From contig DFXZ01000004.1 in the NCBI GenBank assembly GCA_002381805.1, positions 992,039-1,016,038 on the forward strand: a DNA stretch of 24,000 nt. The letters run 5' to 3'. This DNA is from Bdellovibrio sp. UBA4095. GTDB taxonomy: Bacteria; Bdellovibrionota; Bdellovibrionia; Bdellovibrionales; Bdellovibrionaceae. The notes beneath the pieces are model-generated. The model had not been told where the DNA came from. It made no database searches and worked only from the letters and a program-made list of their open reading frames with translations. The position numbers were made by a program, and so were the translations under genes. This document shows, piece by piece, positions 8,653-14,747 of this stretch; position 1 is the first letter of the stretch, and each line of letters begins with the position of its first letter.

Positions 8653-9480
8653 CTATTTGATTTCACGGCCCATTTCTTTATTTCTCATGGCCGCCTTTTC
8701 AAAACTTATACGTAGTGCTCGTTCGATTTCCAGTTCGCGCATGGACTGAAGTCCAGCTGCAGTTACACCTTTTTTGGACGTGACCCGAGCTTGTAAATCC
8801 TCGATGCCTTCCCGCGCTTGAGCAGCTAGGGCCGATGCACCCACAAAAGTTTCGATGGTCATTTGCCGAGCCTCTTCGGGTGAAAAGCCTCTTTCTTCGA
8901 TCCAGTCCTGCCAGTACATCATCATTTCAAAAACAAAACCGGTGCCGCTGGAACACGACACTGTGACAGCTTCAAACTGATCCTCATCACTGACCTTGAT
9001 GACTTTACCTAGCGGAGCGAAAAGATCTTCAACAGTACTTTCAAGCGCATTGTCTTTCTCATCGTTCAAAAGATAACCAATTACGCCCTTTCCAATTAAG
9101 GATGGAGTGTTGGGCATAACTCGAGCTAGTCGTCCTCCTGAAATGTACTTTTCCAGTTGGCGCATCGGAATGCCTGCAGCGACGCTGATTACGATTTTGG
9201 TCGAATCGAAAGCTCGAGTAACGGGCTCCAAAGCAGATAATAGATCTTGAGGCTTTATCGCCAGCACGATAATGTCGCAAGCATCAATCAGCTCTTCATT
9301 GCTCGAAGCGCCTTGTATCGAGTAAATTTCCACGAGTTTTTGAAGTTTTCCTTGGGAGCGATTAGAAGCGTAGATATTTCTTACTGGGATGCCTCCTTCT
9401 ATGAGGCCTTTGATCATGGCTTGAGCCATATTACCTGCACCCAGAAATCCGATTTTTTGAGCTTTCAAAAATGGGTTCAT
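8653..9480 (-). CDS. proC: Pyrroline-5-carboxylate reductase
   Basis: 275 aa with a Rossmann motif (IGFLGAGNMAQAMIKGL) and P5CR C-terminal motifs (MPNTPSLIGKG, SKKGVTAAGL). Confidence 0.95.
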   Translation of the reverse strand: MNPFLKAQKIGFLGAGNMAQAMIKGLIEGGIPVRNIYASNRSQGKLQKLVEIYSIQGASSNEELIDACDIIVLAIKPQDLLSALEPVTRAFDSTKIVISVAAGIPMRQLEKYISGGRLARVMPNTPSLIGKGVIGYLLNDEKDNALESTVEDLFAPLGKVIKVSDEDQFEAVTVSCSSGTGFVFEMMMYWQDWIEERGFSPEEARQMTIETFVGASALAAQAREGIEDLQARVTSKKGVTAAGLQSMRELEIERALRISFEKAAMRNKEMGREIK

Positions 9481-9490
9481 TCTTCAGATC

Positions 9491-10720
9491 CTATCGTTTC
9501 GCAGGACGTTCGCCAAACAAAATAGTCCCAAGACGCACAATAGTTGCGCCTTCTTCGATGGCGACTTTAAAGTCATGGCTCGTGCCCATTGACAGTTCGT
9601 TTAAGGGATGGGTTTTCAGATCCGTATTTTTCGCGAGGTCCTCCCGCAGTTCGCGCAGCTGCCTAAAGTAGGGACGTGCTGACTCCCCAGTTTCGGTTAA
9701 TGGTGGCATCGTCATGAAACCGCAGATTTTAAGATGACTAAGCTGTACAAGTTGATTCCAGGCAGTCCAAAGCGCTGCTTTATCGAACCCACTTTTGGTG
9801 GCCTCTTTCGCTAAATTCACCTGCACAAGAATAGACTGATGAATATTTTTGTTTATGCAGGCCTTATTCAGGACTTCGGCAAGCTCCAAGGAGTCGACAG
9901 AGTGAATAAGATGAAAACGACCGACGACGAGCTTGGCCTTATTCTTTTGTAAATGACCAATAAGATGCCACTCAATTTCAACGAGATCTTGCAATGAATC
10001 GAGCTTCTCGAGCGCCTCTTGCACGTAGTTTTCCGCAAACTTCCTTTGACCTAGTTGATAAATCTCGCGAATTCTTTCGCTTGTCTGAAGTTTAGAAACG
10101 GCGAGCAATTTTGCCGGTCGGCTTTGTTCTGAGAGGTTTTGAAAATTCAGTCTATCAAGTAATTTGCGGACGACTTGAATCGGCAAACCCACGACATTGT
10201 CGTACGATCCTTCGAACTTTTCGACGAACTCACGACCTTGGCCTTGTATTCCGTAGGCACCGGCTTTGTCCATGGGTTCGCCGGTTTGAATATAGGCTCG
10301 TATTTGCTCGGGACTTAGTTTTTTGAAGAACACGTTTGTGATCTCAACATGAGACACTTCCCTCTGGGTTTCGCTATCGATCATACATACAGCAGTCATC
10401 ACCTGATGTGCTTTCCCCGACAAAAGGCTGAGTATGCGAAAGGCGTCGTCCGGATTCTCCGGTTTGCCAAGGGGAGCATTGTCGAAAATGACTTCGGTAT
10501 CCGCTGACAGGACCGTGAAACTTTCGTTGCGACTGGACTTTAGGTCAGATAGTGCAGCACTGGCTTTTCGTCTAGCGATGTCTAAAATTTGCTCGTTCAC
10601 ATTCAGGTTTTTGTCAGGAATTTCCGATACTTTAACTGATACCACGTCGAATGAAAAACCGGCCTCATTAAGAAGTTCGCGGCGACGTGGTGACTGTGAT
10701 GCCAGAATGAGTGGTTTCAT
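9491..10720 (-). CDS. maf-yggS: Fusion protein: Maf nucleotide pyrophosphatase (aa 1-~189) + YggS/YlmE PLP-binding protein (aa ~190-409)
   Basis: Maf motifs: LILASQSPRRRELL, GKPENPDDA, DKAGAYGIQG, GSYDNVVGLP. YggS motifs: LLAVSK (PLP Lys, aa 210), WHLIGHLQKNK, LSMGTSHDFKVAIEEGATIVRLGTILFG. It is one uninterrupted 409-aa frame. Confidence 0.9.
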   Translation of the reverse strand: MKPLILASQSPRRRELLNEAGFSFDVVSVKVSEIPDKNLNVNEQILDIARRKASAALSDLKSSRNESFTVLSADTEVIFDNAPLGKPENPDDAFRILSLLSGKAHQVMTAVCMIDSETQREVSHVEITNVFFKKLSPEQIRAYIQTGEPMDKAGAYGIQGQGREFVEKFEGSYDNVVGLPIQVVRKLLDRLNFQNLSEQSRPAKLLAVSKLQTSERIREIYQLGQRKFAENYVQEALEKLDSLQDLVEIEWHLIGHLQKNKAKLVVGRFHLIHSVDSLELAEVLNKACINKNIHQSILVQVNLAKEATKSGFDKAALWTAWNQLVQLSHLKICGFMTMPPLTETGESARPYFRQLRELREDLAKNTDLKTHPLNELSMGTSHDFKVAIEEGATIVRLGTILFGERPAKR

Positions 10721-10729
10721 GAGTTTTAC

Positions 10730-10749
10730 TTGAACACAAAGAGGTTCAA
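10730..10749 (+). promoter_or_regulatory. Inverted repeat TTGAAC-N8-GTTCAA enclosing the RBS and abutting the start codon of the tadC-like gene
   Basis: Read directly: ttgaac acaaagag gttcaa, then ATG at 10750. The AAGAGG SD (10739-10744) sits in the loop and 3' arm. A regulatory role is inferred. Confidence 0.35.
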
Positions 10750-11658
10750 ATGGGAAGTGCAGAGTTAATGCTCATCTTAGGACTTCTACTCGCAGGAGTA
10801 GCGGTCTTCCTATTTGTAAATTCGATCTTTGCAAGCAACCAAGACAAGCAGCAATTGTCCTGGGCGAATAATGATGAACCCATTAAATCAAAAAATCCGG
10901 TTATCAACTTTTCGCGGCCATTAGTGCATCAGTTTACGCTTCAGCACGCCTTAAGAATTCGCAGTGAGAACTATCGTAAGCGTGTTTCGAAGTACATTAA
11001 AACTGCCGGACTCTCTGCCGAGCTGAATGTGGATGAGTTTATTGGTTTGCAATTACTTTGGGGAATCATGTTTCCCATCTTTTTGCTGATCATGAACTTT
11101 TCATTGCAGCTGGGGTTGTCTACTGGAATGGTCGTCGGCATGGGATTGATAGGCTTTTATTTGCCGCAGATTCACGCTAAAGGCGAAAAGAAGCGACGTG
11201 AACTTTCTGTTCGCGCGGATTTACCATTCTTCATTGACCTGTTGGCATTGTCAGTCGAAGCGGGCTTGGACTTTTTCTCTTCCATCCAGAAAATCGTGGA
11301 TAAGGCACAGGGTACTAATAGTGTATTGGCTGACGAACTTGGAACGGTCCTAAAAGATATTAAAATTGGTGCGTCGAAAACTCAGGCTCTGAAAGACATG
11401 GCGGAGCGTTTGGATATGAATGAAATTACCAGCTTTGTGGCAGTTCTGATCGATGCTGAAACAACGGGGGCAAGTATCTCGATGGTTTTAAAAGATCAGT
11501 CTGAACAGATGCGCCTGGAGAGATTCGTGCGAGCGGAAAAAGCTGGTGCCCGTGCGTCTCAAACAATTTTGATTCCTTTGATGCTTTTTATATTGCCCGC
11601 TGTTTTTATCATCGTATTCGGTCCAGTGGCGGTTTCATTTATGTATGGGAATAAGTAA
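10750..11658 (+). CDS. TadB/TadC-type (T2SS-F/GspF domain) inner-membrane platform protein
   Basis: 302 aa with an N-terminal TM, a central TM pair and a C-terminal TM. The single T2SS-F-like domain is RADLPFFIDLLALSVEAGLDFFSSIQKIV...ITSFVAVLIDAETTGASISMVLKDQSEQMR. Size and topology are typical of TadB/TadC, and I cannot tell B from C. Confidence 0.85.
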   Translation: MGSAELMLILGLLLAGVAVFLFVNSIFASNQDKQQLSWANNDEPIKSKNPVINFSRPLVHQFTLQHALRIRSENYRKRVSKYIKTAGLSAELNVDEFIGLQLLWGIMFPIFLLIMNFSLQLGLSTGMVVGMGLIGFYLPQIHAKGEKKRRELSVRADLPFFIDLLALSVEAGLDFFSSIQKIVDKAQGTNSVLADELGTVLKDIKIGASKTQALKDMAERLDMNEITSFVAVLIDAETTGASISMVLKDQSEQMRLERFVRAEKAGARASQTILIPLMLFILPAVFIIVFGPVAVSFMYGNK

Positions 11659-12011
11659 TGATGTCTGCAGTGCTTGAAAATAAAACCACAAATCAAAAGT
11701 TGATCGCTGATCTTGAGATCGCGAGTGACTTTTGGTCTCGCGGCAAGGGACTTCTGGGAAGGTCTTCCCTTGCTGAGGGGCAGGCTTTGTGGATTCATCG
11801 CTGCAATAGCATTCATACATTTTTTATGAAGTTCTCAATTGATTGTGTTTTTGTAGATAAAAATCTGAAAGTAAAGGCCCTTTATCAGAATGTTCAACCG
11901 TGGCGCTTAGTTCCTCCAGTATGGGGAGCGAATTCTGTCATTGAAATGCGTTCGGGAACGATTGGTGAAAGAAAAATTTCGGTAGGAGATCAACTCTATG
12001 TGGGCACTTAG
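11658..12011 (+). CDS. DUF192 (COG1430) family protein
   Basis: 117 aa. The pattern DFWSRGKGLLGRSSLAEGQALWIHRCNSIHTFFMKFSIDCVFVDKNLKV...SVIEMRSGT...VGDQL fits DUF192. There is no signal peptide. The start overlaps the upstream stop (TAATG). Confidence 0.85.
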   Translation: MMSAVLENKTTNQKLIADLEIASDFWSRGKGLLGRSSLAEGQALWIHRCNSIHTFFMKFSIDCVFVDKNLKVKALYQNVQPWRLVPPVWGANSVIEMRSGTIGERKISVGDQLYVGT

Positions 12012-13653
12012 AATACTTTCGGGCCCACAGTCGGGCCAAATATTAGATTTAAAAAGTGGTAGAAATCTTCTAGGTCGCTCTCCACATTGTGACGTCAAAA
12101 TCACCAGTCCGGGTGTTTCCAAAGAACATACCGAGATCACAGTTTTCAAAGACAAGATCGTGGTAACGGATTTGAAGTCAAGCAACGGGACTTATTTAAA
12201 TGGAGTTCGCATCCAGACTGGTATCATGCGCTTAGGTGATAAGCTCAGTGTTCATGAGGTTTTGGTAGATATTATCCCTGCGCCTCAGGCTCACTTGGGT
12301 CCTTCGGCCGCAGCAGCGCCTATGCCTTATTATGGTGGCGCTGCACCTCAAATGCCTATGGGAATGCCACTTGGTGCAACTGGTGGAATGCCAGCAGGAA
12401 TGCCGCAACCGATGGCGATGGGTGTGCCCGGAGAAGGTCCGCTGGAAAACGAAGCTCCAGCTCCAGCATATCATCCTGGTGGTATCAAAGCCATTCTTGA
12501 TCGTCTGCATGAGTACTTAGAAAAAGTTGCTTTACCAGGTGTTTATAAACTTCCGCAATTTATGGAGCTTAAGTTTGTCTTGTTAGGCTTTGTTATTCTT
12601 TTCATATTCTCGACGACTTTGCTGTCCATGCTCCCTATGGTACAGATAACTCGTGCGAGCATAATTAACGAAAGTAAAAGAAGAGCGGCTTCCATTGCTA
12701 GAACTGTGGCGACTCTTAATCAAACGGCTTTGTTGCAAAATAATTATGCCTCATTAAGTACGAATGCCGCAGAGTCCGAGGAAGGCGTTACTCAAGTTTT
12801 AATCGTTCAGCAATCCGATGGCATGATACTAGCTCCTGCATCGCGAGCGGGAACGACGCCGGACCTTCCATTTGTTCATACGGCCCGTCGCGAGATGCGG
12901 CCTCAGTCTGTCGCTGTCGATTCGTCCACTATTGGTGCTAGTTTTCCCATAGGACTTTTCGATGCCAGCACGGGTGAGCAATCGATCAAGGCTCATGCTA
13001 TTGTACTTTATGATATCGGAAGTTTGGCATTTGATGATGGCCGAGCAATCAGCCTCTTCATGCAGACACTGGTCATTGCGATCTTACTTGGGTTGTTGAT
13101 TTATTTCTTTATGTACAAGTTAATTGTCTATCCGATTTCGACTTTAAATTCACAGCTCGATGTGGCAATGAGGGAAAAAACGGATAACACTGAAGTGAAC
13201 TTTAACTTTCCACCTCTTCAGGCTTTGATAGGAAATATCAATAGCTTGCTGTCTCGCTATATTCACGGCGACGCTGAGTCTGGAAGCGGTGGAGCAGGAT
13301 TTTTCAATAAGGATGGCGAAGCAGAGAATCTAGTGCAAATGGTAGGATTCCCATGCGTTAGTATTTCTCGAGAAGGTCGAATTATTTCGTGCAACACCGC
13401 CTTTACTCAGGTAGCTCACGCGGAAGTTGCGCAGCTGCAAGGACAAATGTATCAAGTTTTGCCGGATGTGGCTTTGCAACAGAATATTCAAGGACTGTTG
13501 GCGAAAACCACTGAAAACCCACGATCCATTCATACAGACCAACTGGAGTTTGGAGGTCATCCTTGTATCTTGAGCTGTCAGGCGATCACGTCTTCAGCAG
13601 GAGAAGTGGACTATTTCCTTATCACAGTATCACCGAATGAAGGAGGCTCCTGA
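11998..13653 (+). CDS. Membrane sensor-like protein: FHA, Pro/Met/Gly-rich linker, TM, periplasmic domain, TM, HAMP-like, PAS-like (no transmitter domain)
   Basis: 551 aa. FHA is aa 1-92 (nt 11998-12273) with GR...SKEH...SSNG. The linker is aa 93-162. TM1 is aa 192-215 (12571-12642), followed by a ~137-aa predicted periplasmic segment, then TM2 at aa 353-377 (13054-13128). The HAMP-like part is YPISTLNSQL...LQALIGNINSLLSRY. The PAS-like part is aa ~440-548 (ISREGRIISCNTAFTQV...). An AGGAG RBS is present, and the gene overlaps DUF192 by 14 nt. Confidence 0.85.
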   Translation: MWALRILSGPQSGQILDLKSGRNLLGRSPHCDVKITSPGVSKEHTEITVFKDKIVVTDLKSSNGTYLNGVRIQTGIMRLGDKLSVHEVLVDIIPAPQAHLGPSAAAAPMPYYGGAAPQMPMGMPLGATGGMPAGMPQPMAMGVPGEGPLENEAPAPAYHPGGIKAILDRLHEYLEKVALPGVYKLPQFMELKFVLLGFVILFIFSTTLLSMLPMVQITRASIINESKRRAASIARTVATLNQTALLQNNYASLSTNAAESEEGVTQVLIVQQSDGMILAPASRAGTTPDLPFVHTARREMRPQSVAVDSSTIGASFPIGLFDASTGEQSIKAHAIVLYDIGSLAFDDGRAISLFMQTLVIAILLGLLIYFFMYKLIVYPISTLNSQLDVAMREKTDNTEVNFNFPPLQALIGNINSLLSRYIHGDAESGSGGAGFFNKDGEAENLVQMVGFPCVSISREGRIISCNTAFTQVAHAEVAQLQGQMYQVLPDVALQQNIQGLLAKTTENPRSIHTDQLEFGGHPCILSCQAITSSAGEVDYFLITVSPNEGGS

Positions 13654-14747
13654 TGAGTGCTGCTCCCAAGGTGAAAGACAGTTTGAAATTCGATATTGAG
13701 GTCATCAAGGGGCCTCACATCGGCTTAAAGCTTTCCTTTGAAAAGGGAGTGGTATCTATTGGTAGAGGTCCCGAAAACGATTTGGTCCTTGCCAGTGATC
13801 CAAGAGTCAGTCGTGCTCATGCGGAGATTCGCCAGCGTGGAGCGGACTTCGTTATCGTTAATCTAAGTCAAAAGAACTTTGTTTTGGTAAATGGTGAAAA
13901 TGTTCAATCAGAAGTTTTAACGGCAAACATGCTGGTGCAAATTGGAGACACGGAATTCCGCTTTATTCCGCCAATAGTTCCTTCGACCCCAGAACCTGTG
14001 GCACCTCAGGGTATGGTGCAGAATGTTCCGGCAAATCCAGCCATCTTAAATCCTCAGTCAGGGACTCCCGTTTTAAGACCTCAGGCTCCACCGCCCGGAA
14101 TGCCTTCACCTCCGCCCGTAAGGCCTCATGCTGGTGGGCAACCTCAGGGGGCAAGAGCTTCGGCTTCTCGGCAGGCAAGGCCTCATAGCCCACCGTCTTC
14201 AGGGATCGATCCAAGAGTTCGATTCTATGGGATTGTCGTTATCATAGGTTTAGTGGGTTGGTTTTTGTTGTCGCCTTCCAAGAATGGCGCAAAAAAAGAT
14301 CCTAACGAGATACGAACATCAGTGATTTCTCTTCAAGATGTGGCGGAAGCGGAAAAGCGAACTCAGGAATTATTGACAATTAAAAAAGAAAAATATGACT
14401 CTGTTCAGTATCGCAGGGCGCAGGAGAATTTCATTAAAGGCTTTAGGGATTTTCAACAAGGGCAATATGCTAGAGCGCGTGAATCTTTCCAGGTCGTATT
14501 GAACTTGGATCCAGAAAATGAGCTAGCAAAAAGATATTACAGTCTATCAAAAATTAAATTCGACGAGCTAGTAAAGTTTAATATGATTCAGGGTAATAGA
14601 TATCGAGAAAAGAAGAACTGGCGTATGTGTCAGTCAAATTATTCGAATGTTATGACCATGCTGCAGAATCGCAAGGACGACCCAACATATAAAGAAGCGA
14701 AGCAATTTTACGATGAGTGTACTTTGAATCTGGAGGGCAGATTCTAA
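13653..14747 (+). CDS. FHA-domain inner-membrane protein with a periplasmic TPR-like domain
   Basis: 364 aa. FHA is aa 11-104 (nt 13683-13964) with IGRGPEN...VSRAH...VLVNG. The Pro-rich linker is aa 105-187. The TM is FYGIVVIIGLVGWFLL (14220-14273). The C-terminus has TPR-like repeats (FRDFQQGQYARARESFQVVLNLDPENELA). AGGAGG RBS, and the start overlaps the upstream stop (TGATG). Confidence 0.85.
   Translation: MSAAPKVKDSLKFDIEVIKGPHIGLKLSFEKGVVSIGRGPENDLVLASDPRVSRAHAEIRQRGADFVIVNLSQKNFVLVNGENVQSEVLTANMLVQIGDTEFRFIPPIVPSTPEPVAPQGMVQNVPANPAILNPQSGTPVLRPQAPPPGMPSPPPVRPHAGGQPQGARASASRQARPHSPPSSGIDPRVRFYGIVVIIGLVGWFLLSPSKNGAKKDPNEIRTSVISLQDVAEAEKRTQELLTIKKEKYDSVQYRRAQENFIKGFRDFQQGQYARARESFQVVLNLDPENELAKRYYSLSKIKFDELVKFNMIQGNRYREKKNWRMCQSNYSNVMTMLQNRKDDPTYKEAKQFYDECTLNLEGRF

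Noticed and set aside
12232-12520. ORFs 12232-12510 (minus strand) and 12332-12520 (plus strand, off frame) with Cys/His/Arg/Trp-rich translations
   Set aside because: They lie on the Pro/Met/Gly-rich linker of the FHA sensor gene. The odd composition is the expected off-frame or antisense reading of a GC-rich repetitive linker.
13963-14214. Minus-strand 83-aa ORF across the Pro-rich linker of the second FHA gene
   Set aside because: The reasoning is the same as above: it is antisense to a well-supported CDS, with no RBS and no motifs.
14717-14746. The ORF-track start at 14717 (actually a GTG) for the tandem-FHA gene
   Set aside because: The ATG at 14747 has a GGAGGG RBS at ideal spacing and forms a TAATG coupling overlap. 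The FHA fold also begins right at MARLKV. The extra 10 codons would lie inside the upstream gene.
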